Positions 41,716 to 54,025 of a DNA stretch of 64,000 bases are shown one piece after another. Below the pieces are notes generated by a model. The model was not told the origin of the DNA and ran no database searches. It worked only from the letters and a program-made list of their open reading frames with translations. Each line of letters opens with the position of its first letter. The first letter of the stretch is position 1. The translations under genes and the position numbers were made by a program. This DNA is from Octopus vulgaris (lineage: Eukaryota), in NCBI GenBank assembly GCA_951406725.2, contig OX597817.1:127100001-127164000 (forward strand), given 5' to 3'.

Positions 41716-42402
41716 CCACCACCATACCAAACAACATGACGACTAAAGACAGAAGGGAGGAGAGAGGGAAAAGAAAAACTAAAATAAAATAAAACACAGA
41801 TACATACAGGGTAAAACATACACAATAGACATATATGCACATACCTATGATAAATATAACAATTAGAGAAAAGTAAGGAATTTAAAAAGATAAGCAAATA
41901 TAAGAAATAGGTACAGATGAACATAAATAAATTTCTATACACGGTACAGATACAAACAACATAGGAAGCGAACCCATATACACGCACAAACACACCCACA
42001 GTAACTTCACAGACAGGCGCAACAGTATCAGCAATACGACTAACAACAAGAACAACAGCGGTGACAACAATGGCAATAACAACTGCCGGGATGGCAACAA
42101 CGTGGGCGAACGCACAAACACAGAGAGGTAGGAACTGTACTAAATATCGGGTCCTAGGGCAGCAGCAGCGACAGCGGAGGAGGGGATGGAGCTGAGGAGT
42201 AGTTCATAGTGCTACTAAGAACAATATCACACACATACCCCACACACACACGCACACATGCACACACACACACACACACACGCGCACATACACATATGTA
42301 CACACACGCAAACACGAACGCAAACGCATGTGAATATAAAGATACACATCATACACGAACACAATGAAATAAATGGAGCAAAAGGAAACTCGAAGACATA
42401 AG

Positions 42403-42449
42403 TTGTTGCTGAAGAGGTCACAGATGTGTTATGAAAAATGTCCGGACAA
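42403..42449 (+). ncRNA. Degenerate hammerhead motif downstream of the Penelope-like ORF
   Basis: UUGUUG-CUGAAGA-GGUCACAGAUGUGUUAU-GAAA-AAUG-UC-CGGACAA, on the sense strand of the element. Stem II is decayed and stem III is one change from palindromic ACAUGU. Confidence 0.55.
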
Positions 42450-43089
42450 TGGACATGAGTTAGAATAAGAATAATAATAAACGAGTGAAGAACGAATATA
42501 TAGTGTGTGTGTATATTTGGTAAAAAAAATACTGCCATCACTAAATGCAACAATATCATCATAATCGTTTTCTGAATATCTTTCACGTGCACTAGATTCG
42601 CGCACACCATCGTTTGTGGACCTGATCACCGATTCACAAGTACACGTAAGTGACCTGTAGAATTCTATTATAAAAAACAAGTCTAGAGTTGTTTGCTTAT
42701 AAATTTGTCTATAAATTTGTCGGTAGCACGTAGAAGCATTTGTTATAGTAGAAGAAACTTTTGCAATTCGTTCAAAATTTGATCTTGTGCTAGAAAAATA
42801 AAACTCATAAACCCGGGGTCTCTTAAAGAAGGTCCTCATAAAATGAGACATAACTATGTATTAAACTGCCTTTCAGAGACAGTAGATGTAGAGTAGGAAA
42901 ATATTAAAACCAGTAAGTGTTTCAAATATTTCGACTACATTTCTGAAACGAAACAAGCATTTTTGCCCTAAAAGTTTCTCAAAACTAACAAAGTGAATTA
43001 ATTAAAATTAGTATATTATCAAAAATAGACATTGCGCCCAACAAAATGATAGCTTCTGCCTTCTCGTTTCTGAATTACCAACCATCTAC

Positions 43090-43389
43090 TGCTGGCGCTC
43101 CTTCGGTTCCGGTTGATTCGCTCAACGGAAAAGCCTGCTCTTGAAATTAACGTGCAAGTGACTCAGCCCTCCACAGAAACACGTTCACTTAATGTAGTTC
43201 CCTTAATGAGATTCAGCGTGACACGGAATGTGACAGGGAGGGCCCTGTGAAATGCAGGTACTTCTCATTTTTGCCAGCTGAGCGGACTAGAGCTACTTGC
43301 TCAAGGATACAACTTCTTGTCGGAAATCAAACACATGGCCTTAAGAACGTGAGACGAATTTCCCTAACCGCTAAGTCACGCACCTTCAC
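43090..43389 (-). mobile_element. SINE family C
   Basis: Reverse complement matches 16649-16990 (gcctgctcttgaaattaacgtgcaagtg...attcagcgtgacac). tRNA-like head at 43320-43389. Confidence 0.85.
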
Positions 43390-46357
43390 AGTCAGTTATC
43401 TAAAATATGGAATATGCTAAAGAAATATTTGTGTCTTAATTCACATCTATTTGTCAATATTGAAGCATGTCAGCTCAGAATAAAACCATACGGTATACAG
43501 ATATATAACATGCCGTTAATTGACACAGTATTAGAATATAGAAGAGAATAATCCTTGGTATAATCCACTGCTCGTTAGATTAAATTCATGTCCCGCCGAA
43601 TTCAGCCTTGCTGTTTAATACTTGTGTCGATAAACGGAGTACCAATTGATTGGTTTGACTGTATGATAACCGATGTTGACACTTCATGAGTGTAACCAAG
43701 TTCTTTGAGTTCTGATTTCACTCCTGATTGGTTGAAATAAACCATCGCCCAATTTACCAGCACTACATGGCATCTTCATTGCATTTAGCGGAAGCCAAGC
43801 AGTGACAAAACTTAACCACATGCCTGTTTTTAGGACAGTATTCTCTCTCTAGTCTTAGATGTTCTATAAAGCGGGAAAGATATTGGTTTTCTTTCTAAAT
43901 GAATAATCAATCAGTATGGAATAATCAAATGCCTCAATGCTTTAAAACCTGCATCCACCTCCAACACAAAAGATTCAATTCATCTTATATGGCCAACGAG
44001 CGATAGAATACTACGTGCACACAAATACATAATTAGATGGATCTTATCTGACTAAACCACCACGTGGAAAAATGGAAAAACTTGCAAAAGAGAAAAAAGA
44101 AATGATCTTATATGACAGTAAAAACTTTACAACTGACAAAGAGCGTACTGGGTATCGCTTTACTTATTTCATTATAAAATTTCCATTATTTAATTTCAGT
44201 AACACAAAACAATCATCCTTTTGAAATACTTTTCGCACTTTCCAAGAACGTTGTTCATCTGAATGAATAAGCAAACAAAATATATACAATTAATTAGAAT
44301 ATATTGCAAGGTAATAATCTGAATATAATGCATTTAGCACAGCGAGAGTATATTGAATTTGAGAAATTATCAAAGCAAAGTAATTAATTACCAACAATTG
44401 TATCTAAATTCTGAGTGTTTTGCTATTAATTTTCCAAAACGTTTTCTTTGTGCGTCTAAAAGTCGTATGTGAAAATAAGTTTCTAAACCTCAATGTGAGT
44501 GAGATAACTTTAATAAAACACATAATTTCTGAGAATTAGATGAATGCAAACATGTCGAAAACTTGGAACGTTTGAACACAAACTTAGCAACCTGGATCAA
44601 GGGATCGCTTTGCAGTTGGTTCATTTCGCATAAAATTCGAATGAGCAGAATATAGATTCGGTTCCCCCATATAATTATGGGTGATACTTGCAAGACTACA
44701 CACGATTTCGACAACAGAAGAGTTGTTCTTAGTGCTGAAAATATTCGATGGCCGTTTCAACAAAGCCAACTGTTGAAACGCAACTACAGTAGAGTCAATT
44801 CCGTTGTAAGTAGTCAGATGAAGGACGTAATTTCTGATTTCCGGACAACTTCGTACCATTCCTCCGCTACCTACGGACAATTAACTGAATTTATGAATAC
44901 TGATTGACCCAAGTAAAAATGAATATATGCTGTAGTAGTATCAACAACCTGCAGATTAAAGTAAATCAGTATTGCTTTAAGAGCATGAATATAAATGTTG
45001 AAGAGTAAAGGTACCTGTATCTAAAATTCTGGAATAATTTTCGTAATGGTAATTGTTTAAAACAATTGTAATTTTATTAATTGCCATCACGGTGTTACCT
45101 ACAAATGGTAAGTGTGAATTTGTTGCAGCAAATACATCAATTTCTTGGCGTTTAATCTAGAACTTAATGAAGACTTATATGCATTTTACAGTAAAATGTT
45201 CCTAGGAGGAACATACAACCAGAGTCTCATAAAAAAGACAAAGAAAAATATCAACTAAGGTTAGCACAAATAACCATCTTTCGTTTCAATTATGATGTTT
45301 TTCTATTTACTACGAGAACGATAATTACCTGAATTTTTATGATTATTATAATTACCTCGAAATATAGGAACAGCATATATTGCCTTTTAAGTGCCAATTC
45401 AGAAACTCATTGTTTTGCCATTATTGTTGTCTATGGTGATATCTCATTTCAAGGAGCATACGTATCACCGAACACTTTCCAAAATCTCTATTCTTTACAT
45501 TTCATTTCTATATAACTTTTTTCAAATATGTTAACTGGTAATTTTGCGACGTTTAACTGTTACATCTACAATATTGGGCGATTGTAAAATCAGTTCTGTT
45601 TTTAAGTTTGTGATTCATTTTTCAAAATTTTAACTGATCACTTTTAGTTGGCTGGAAAAAGATTTTCGTAGGAGGGAGGATTCCATTCGAATGTGTAAAA
45701 TATTCAACAAAGTGTGTATTATAGGATGTGTGGTCTTCAGAGTCGAATATTATAATATATATGATTTTACAATGTTCCATATATATATTATAGAATAAAA
45801 ACCTAATTAGCTTTTATATATTTAAACATATATCATATATAAATAGAACTCCGTGGGTTTCGGCGAATCAGTTATTTGAATATAGGAATGGCTTGCTACT
45901 TAAGTTACACAGAACTTGAAGAGACTGGACATTCGATTTAACAGCAACAGTTTCCTCGTGAGCTTCAGCATAGTTTACGACTGCACGATTTCATTCATAA
46001 ATCTCGGTGTAGCTAGACTGTATCTTTGAATTGCTGGCAAACGCCATTCTAAGCACTTCTACACAAGTTCCAACTCCCTGATTTTATAAACAAATCGATC
46101 AGTGGTTATGGTGTCATTCAGTTAGACTTGCGTGAGTGACTTCGTTGATTGTAAAATAAACGCCTTAACCCTTCGTCGTAGTGCTGCAATTTCCCGTCAC
46201 CACAACCTGGTGCAGTTCACAGATTTTGCAGTATTTAACGATCAGCCTCATAATTTCATACAGTTTACAGCCTGCCATTTCGTACAAACAAATTAGGGTA
46301 ATTTAAAAGAGTGAATGATTTTAGAAAATCTTTTTTTCATCTGTGTTTTACCTATAA

Positions 46358-46546
46358 CATTGGTTTCAAAAATTGCCACAAGGTCAGTAATTTTGGGAGA
46401 GAGGCTCAGTCGATAACACGACCCCAGCGCTCAACGGGTACTTATTTTGTCAACACCAAAAGGATTGAAAGCAAAGGTAACCTCGGCGAAAATTGAACTG
46501 CTAAGCATTTTGTCCGGCTTGCTAACGATTCTGCCAGCCCACCGAC
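46358..46546 (-). mobile_element. SINE family A
   Basis: ttggtttcaaaaattgccacaagg...ggtacttattttgtc...gctaacgattctgccagc. Confidence 0.85.
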
Positions 46547-48019
46547 TTAACTATAAGTTCTGTTAACCCACAAATCACTGAGTATTTTCGGGAAGAGACG
46601 TTAATTAGTCACATAAGTAGTGAGTAATAGAGTGATTTTCGTGAAAGACAATTATGTAGAAGGAAATACATATGATTACCTTTGAACATATCTCATTTCT
46701 GTTGATAACGTCTTTGAACATCTAACCAATTACTTTTTGATTATTCTGTTTTTGCTACCTCAGTATTATACGTTAGGTGTTACGTCACATATAGTAATTC
46801 GGGATACGAAATTACTTGTAGCAGTTTCTATATCACCTACCAAATTTAGGTTCCATCCATACCGTGATTTACATTGTACTCACCCATTTAGTCATACCAG
46901 TAGAAAAAGTGCTGAGACACTTCAGTTCAATTACATTATAGCCCATCCGTTTTCAGTAGCGATAAAAAATTTAAATCAATGATGTGAATTTCAATCATTA
47001 ATTCATCATTTACTTTCTGATGTCTTATGCTTAGCAAGGCTTTTAATTAAAACAGAATTAAGAACTATATCAACGATAGTTAATAAATTATATATACAAC
47101 GTTTTTGTAAATCCATTTATAATGATGTCCAAGATAGATGGATATTTTTTTCATTTATATACTTTTTCTCTCTGAGATATTGAAAGGCAAAAAACTCTAG
47201 GAAATACTGACAAATGTAAATTTGAGGAGAAAAATATAAATATAAAATGAAAGAAAATAATTAAATTGGAACCCATAAAATGTCTACTGTAATAAAAATT
47301 TTAAATATATAATGCAAAAATAAAACTAAAATCGTTTATTCAGAATAAGATTTTATCAATATTGAGTAGATATTTAAAAAAATTGGAAACAATTTTACTA
47401 TAAAATAATATAAACAAAGATATTTTACATCATTTTAAAATGCAAAAACAAACACATTTATTCCTATCTTCTATTACTTTATCACATTTCATTCAGAATA
47501 TCATAAATTTTAACGAATAATTACATCGCAGAAGGCTTAAAAATTGACACTAACAAATCTCATGCTTCTATTTCAGATTCTTAGTGAAGTGTTGAATTAT
47601 GAAAAGTGAAAGAAGATAAATGCAGCAAGATCCATACTCCTGACCTATTAAATGATCCATTAAACGTGTAGCTGGAACTATCTTACAGTAGCCTACATTT
47701 TAAGACTATTTTAATAATTTCATAAAATAGGATGCGGTCATATGCAGTAGTGAGGCGCGAGTTTCTTCTGACAAAGCTATTCCTGAGAATAAAACATTTT
47801 AAACCATTGACCGGCTGTAAGAAACTATATATTAGAAGCATAGGGAAGCGAAATAAAATATAATGGATAACATGGTAAGTGATGAAGAAACTTGAGTTTA
47901 GCAGAGGGTTATCATTATTAATAACAAAGCTAAATGAAACTGTAAACACAATCGAAATGTGAAAGCTGCATAATTATAACTTAAATGCGACACATGGTAA
48001 TTACACAAACTTATGCCTA

Positions 48020-48085
48020 TAGGTATGTAGGTGTATACATGCATACATACATACATACATACATATATATATATGTACACATATA

Positions 48086-48128
<43 letters not shown>

Positions 48129-48143
48129 ATATATATATATATA

Positions 48144-48217
<74 letters not shown>

Positions 48218-48220
48218 TTG
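48020..48220. repeat. (TACA)n/(TA)n microsatellite
   Basis: Directly visible. Confidence 0.95.
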
Positions 48221-48312
48221 TAAAAAATGAAGTTTGAAAATGCTGCTATATTACACAAATTTTAATTTTAACATGTTTAGGTTCTTGAAATGACGAACTT
48301 ATCAAAAAAAAT

Positions 48313-48545
48313 ATATATAATAAAGAGAGTCCATGCTATATGTTTAAAGAGTATGATGTAATAGTTCATAATTGTGACATATATTCAATAGAGTCAAATA
48401 TAAAAAATCCATATATAATATTCAATAGAGTCAAATATAAAAAATTCATATATAATAAAGCGAGTCCATGCTATATGTTTAAAGAGTATGATGTACTATT
48501 TCATAATTGTGACATACATTCAATAGAGTCAAAAATAAAATTCAT
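48313..48545. repeat. ~135-bp tandem duplication with an internal partial repeat
   Basis: atatataataaag.gagtccatgctatatgtttaaagagtatgatgta occurs at ~48313 and ~48448. Explains the repeated MFKEYDV ORF. Confidence 0.9.
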
Positions 48546-48734
48546 GTTCTTGAAAAGGCGAGGAGTTCATTTTAGATTTTACCTTGTGTTCCAATGGGAG
48601 CAACAGTATATATATTATAGTAAGTCTGTCGTAGTGAGGGAAACGCGATTCCGCAAATTTCTGCTGATCACCCAGGACAAATAATTTGTTAATAGTATTC
48701 AGTTATTTGCACTGTACATTAGCTCATATGTTGC

Positions 48735-48903
48735 CTTAAGAGGTGCATGGTGTACCACACATCAGGTCTGGCAATTATTGCAATGTGACGTGAGAAGAAG
48801 TGTTTTTTCTCAAGTACACAACGCACCGCCCAGTCCAGGAATCTTGCGATCACAAATCACTCGACCACTAGACCCCCCTAATCACTAGACCACGCATCTT
48901 CAC
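48735..48903 (-). mobile_element. SINE head fragment related to family C
   Basis: ctcaagtacacaacgcaccg...ccctaatcactagaccacgcatcttcac parallels 43297-43389. Confidence 0.65.
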
Positions 48904-49971
48904 ATTTGTCATTTCCCACCAATTTCATACTTCAATCATAATAAAAGAAAAAAAATCTTTTTAAACAAATAGATAAGAAAAAGAGACTAGCTGAACCATG
49001 AGGCTGCGTGTTTGGAATTGATAGGATATATTTCAACACGCAGCGTACACCTCTGAGAGTGCACTCAAAAGCAAGATGGATGGAGAAGGGACAGACATAT
49101 TAATTTCTAGGGGATGAATTAATAAAGAAAAAAGTGGCCAGTGGCTCGGAATATTGAAGTGAAAAATGTAAGTCCAGCATTTCAAAATGCAGTCAAATAA
49201 TTGAGAGTAATTTTTCAATGAAAAATAACAAAAATCAGATTTTAAAATATATGTAATTTGTGGCTTAAAGATTATATGACGAGAGAAGTATAAAAAGCGG
49301 TGTTAGCTGCTGAAGTTTATATAAAGTGTATATTTAAATATCTACCTACATATATATAATTCTACAATTCTGTCACCGTGAAAATATAATATAATGTATA
49401 GATATACACATACACTTATATATACATATATATGTGTGCGTGCGTGTGTGTGTGTGTTCGTTCATGTATGTATATTTCTACTAACTATATTTTGAACGTC
49501 AAAAACAGACATTTAAGAAACCATAATTTTCTGAATTGTGAGTACTTTTAACAAGGATATCAACGAAATTATTCATATATTTCTTTAATCAATAATTTTA
49601 ATATAAACAACATAAATTGCTATATCAATGCTTTTTATCTCTTGCACCCAGCGAGATGTGACCATTTTCAAGCACTGGGGGTTATTTTTGTACACAGCGG
49701 TTTTTATCATGGAGCATATTAGCCAGTGAATATATTGTGCTGATCAATCAAGCCTCTTGAGATACTCTGTAGGCGCTAGAAGATTGCACATGGCGACAAC
49801 ATGATCAATGGTTTCATTTTGTTTTTGACATACACGACATGGGCTACGGCCGTTCTTCAATATGGTGACCTGAATATTTCATGTAGGTAAGCATTCATCT
49901 TGGGCTGTTATGATAAACCCTTCTCTTTCTCATTTTAACCCAGAAGACACTAACCATTGATGGTTAAGGGC

Positions 49972-50103
49972 TTTGTCAACATCGGCACTATAATGTTGAC
50001 AAATTATAGTGCCGATTTGTTAACAGTACAATGTTGACAAATACTATAATGTATTTGCCAACACATTATAGTGTCAACTATAATGTATAGTTGACACTAT
50101 AAT
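49972..50103. repeat. Cluster of nested short hairpins built from one motif
   Basis: atcggcactataat/attatagtgccgat (49981-50016), attatagtgtcaactata/tatagttgacactataat (50065-50103) and tttgtcaacat/atgttgacaaa. Confidence 0.9.
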
Positions 50104-50111
50104 ATAATTAT

Positions 50112-50718
50112 AATATACAATTAGATGAACTGAGGTAGAATTAAGAGGAATAATTGTCGTTAATTTGAATTGTTAAAGGGATTCAAACTCATACCTGTTT
50201 CGTCAATTGCTGTTCACGTGGCTTTGAATGCGCACTGATTACCAACGGTGTCGGGTCCGCTAGTCCCTGAGTAAATATATTACATTCTGGGAGTGGTGCA
50301 ATTAGGATTGATGTAATACTGTAATATGAGTGGTGTATGCTCAGTGAACACATAGAAATGTGTGCTAGGATACCTAATCCTAGCTTTTAAATTTTTCCCT
50401 TTATATCAATTTTCACATAATACTTCAGTTCAGCAAAGAATAAATAAAGAAGCCACTTTCATCAATAAATATTCTCCACAACTCAACATAAACACATAAC
50501 ATAATATACATCACTACTAACCCATTAATACCACTAATTCCCACACTTTCCATACACCATTCATATTACAGTATTACATCTACCCTAATTAAACCACTCC
50601 CAGAACTACTTACCTCCCTTGCATAAAATATTTTCCCTCTGGGACTAGTATGACTTTGAATCCCTTTAACAATTCATAATAATGACTTTTATTCCGTTCA
50701 TCTACTTGTGCATATTTA
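50112..50718. repeat. Imperfect inverted repeat with indels (Penelope-like inverted structure?)
   Basis: 50112-50340 versus 50548-50718, e.g. gaattgttaaagggattcaaa / tttgaatccctttaacaattc and gatgtaatactgtaatatga / tcatattacagtattacatc. Confidence 0.85.
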
Positions 50719-50806
50719 TCGTTACTTGTCATAAAAAGCCCTTTATTTTTTATATATCCCATGTGCATTTTCGCTTCCTTCTTATTACTTTCCCCATATA
50801 TATATA

Positions 50807-50854
<48 letters not shown>

Positions 50855-53424
50855 TTACTTAATTGGAAGATTAAAACAAACATTTTTTCTTATAGATAGA
50901 ACGGTGATTTTAACTCACAGCATTCAATTATTAAGCATTCATAATTTGAATATATAAATAAAATTGAATATTAAGTATTTATGGAATTTTGATTTACTGT
51001 TGGGAGACTTTTGCCCAATCCTGTATATATACATGCTTACATACACATATACGAATATACATACATGTATACATATATATATGAATATAATTACAGACAC
51101 CAGTTATTTTCTGTCACTAAGTTTTCTGAGTTTGAAATTACATTCTATCAACTTTACCTGTCACTTAAGAATGTATTATGTTGAATAGTTTTGCACCATT
51201 TCAAAGCCAAACATTTAGATTATGGCTATAGAACGATTTCGAATGCTTCAAACGTCTTGTGAAAATAAATGCCTAAGAAAATAATTCCACATTTGAAAGT
51301 TTCATTGATTATTATGTTTAGAATACATTAAAAATACTTTTAAAATCATTAATGTAAACGGTTTCAGCATTGCAAACTTCAACATGAAGTTGAGTTTTCA
51401 GATATAAATTTTTTTTAAATGTCACTGTAATATTGAATTTTAGTTATTTTAACAAATATGTTTTGTTGGCTTTTAAAATTTCTTTTGCAATCATTTCTTC
51501 TTTTAGTTCCTTCTTCATTCATTTTTATAATTTGAAGTGTGTTTGTCTTGTGGCAAAATTCCTAAATGTCTTTGCGAAACATTTTGACTTGTATCTCCAA
51601 AATTAGATTAGGGAAACTTGGTTAAAGAGATTAATTTTTATGAAATAAAAAAAAACTATACACGTTTTATTAGAAACACAATTAATACAAATGTTTTCAA
51701 GTGAGTATGAAACCATAGAAAAATACTGAAAGTAAGACTGTTTAAATACTACATTAATACTGTCTGTGTGTTTTGGTGCTTGATTTAATTTAGATTTTGA
51801 TTGACTAGTATAAAAATACAGTTTCTTCTCTTACGTTGAGAGCAGTTAAAATGGGGTAAGCTGACAACTTATTTTCTTTTCTCTATTTTAAAAAGCAATA
51901 TATATATGAGACACTTTTACAATATAATACATAACTCACAAGTCTAAACGCAGATGCATGTGAAAAGCAGAACCACGAACAAAATGTTCACGTTGTTCTT
52001 AATCTCTTCATCGTGTATTGAATTTATTTGTATATGCAACTTTATATTTGTACACTGCTTTTGTCCTTATTCAAAGAGTAGGATGTTATTTGGAAAATAT
52101 TTGAGAGTATTTTCATTTTGGAATTATCACTATCTTTTTCTTCAACTTTATTAGAATTTTAACTTTCCTTACGAGAATATGTTGGTTTTAAAAGTGAAAG
52201 GAAGGATAAATTTTGAGATGTAATAGAATGAGCTACCGAGAGGGTAAGCTTCAAAGGAAAATAGTTAAATGGTAAAGAGTCACATGGTGTTTACTATATA
52301 CGAATAAGTGAAATAGTGGGGTATATCTACATTGCGTGAAATGACGAAACAGAAGATACTGCCACGAGAATTTAGTAGGAACAGAGATTTATGGAATAAG
52401 CAAAAGAAATAACATTCAAGTTGCTGCATATACTCAAAATAAAGAATGTAAAATATAACGTAACCAAGAAGCAAAAGAGACACAGTTAGGGATCTTTTTT
52501 CGTATTTATCCCTAAACTGATCTTAACCGGAAATAAAAAATTTGATCTCAATATTTTTCCAGCACAACGGATTGAGGAGTAAACAACGTAATGTGACTTT
52601 TTTCTAAGCAGGTAGTGTCTGTTTTTAGAAGAAATTTGATTTTGGTGTTTGTAACATTGTGTGTGTCAATGGTATATGCTTCATTGTTGAATAATTGTCA
52701 ATAATAGGATGCTGTTACGAAGGTACGTATCTAATAAACGCATAAAATCTTATCAAATGAGATGGAAAGATAGAAAGTGGGGGTTTATCGGTGGCAGTAT
52801 TAGGCGAACCACTGAATTCTGACTAGTAAGAAAGAATAGTTATTGCAATAAATCAAATATAAATACCACCTAAGTAATTAGTTTGTGAAAATACTGAAAG
52901 TTATATGTTCCGAATGTATACTTGTGATATATTACAAGATTTCTGCTAATTTGTATTATTGAATATCTAAAAACCTGCGGTCTCAAGCTACGCATGATTG
53001 GCAGAAGTATGTACCAGAGAAAAAGATCTAAATGAAGCTGCTAATCCAAAGTCTGAAGTTAAAGAACAACTCCACTAAGTAAATATGATGTCATTATACA
53101 GAATAAGGAAAAGAATCTTGCAAGATAAACGTTACACTTCTTCCAAACAGAAATACGGCAGACAAAGTAAAAAGGATATAAAAAATGTCAGACGAAAATG
53201 TGGATTAGTTCAACAGCAAGACTATGAGTCATAAAAATTTTAATAGAGTTACTCGCAAAATTACCGGATAGTCTACCAAACCAGCCGAAACTGTTTAACA
53301 TTAGGTGGTGGCGGTGGTGATGGATGATGATGATGAGGAGGAGGAGGACGACGACGACGACCACGACGACGACCACGTCAGCAACAAAAAAAAAATAATA
53401 ATAATAGAAAAAGGTAGCGGTAGT

Positions 53425-53693
53425 ATGGGAAGTTAAGCAGTTGCGGTGGATGAAAAAGGTAGTAGTAGTACCAATAATTGTCAGAGCTCTGGGAACAGTG
53501 AGCAAAATCTCGAGAAGTACGTGGAACAAATAGAGGTTGCAATAAGGGTGGAGCACTTGCACAAAACAGCACTGCTTGGAACCGCTCGAATACTCCGGAA
53601 GGTGCTCGAAAAATAAGAGGTGTTACCTTAGTTCACGGGTAATGAACAGCTAACACTGTAGTACATCTCCAGCGTTAGAAGCTCTGCAAGGGC

Positions 53694-53753
<60 letters not shown>
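53425..53753 (+). mobile_element. R4/Dong-clade LINE 3' end with (AAT)n tail
   Basis: EVKQLRWMKKVVVVPIIVRALGTVS/NLEKYVEQIEVAIRVEHLHKTALLGTARILRKVLEK* (stop 53614-53616), the typical C-terminus of restriction-like-endonuclease LINEs. Short 3'UTR then about 20 AAT units. Confidence 0.85.
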
Positions 53754-53771
53754 TCAAGATGTCCCTTATTC

Positions 53772-54025
53772 AGGGACATCTTGAGCGGGATGGGCTACTC
53801 AACCCGAAGAAAATTCTAACTGGGCCCCACCTGCCAGGTCATGTGCTGTTTATCTTGATATGAGATCGCCATATCGCACACATACGGTTGTGATGCATGT
53901 GCCTGATGTACCCTTATCAGACGGGTAGTCATGATGGGTATACTGGGCTTCGTATATTTTACCCCAGTGTCACTTTGATGGCATGCACTGCTCCCTCGCT
54001 CAATAATAGTAATAATAATAATAAT
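53772..54025 (+). mobile_element. Second non-LTR 3'UTR-like fragment ending in (AAT)n
   Basis: GC-richer block (gggacatcttgagcggg...gcatgcactgctccctcgctc) followed by an aataatagtaataat tail. It begins at a 13-bp hairpin junction (53754-53784). Confidence 0.55.

Noticed and set aside
42600-42660. Possible right end of the Tigger-like element (cgtaagtgacctgta)
   Set aside because: Not complementary to the left terminus at 39427 beyond a few bases.
48340-48684. 114-aa ORF with an internal repeat MFKEYDV
   Set aside because: Produced by the 135-bp tandem duplication, with no domain similarity.
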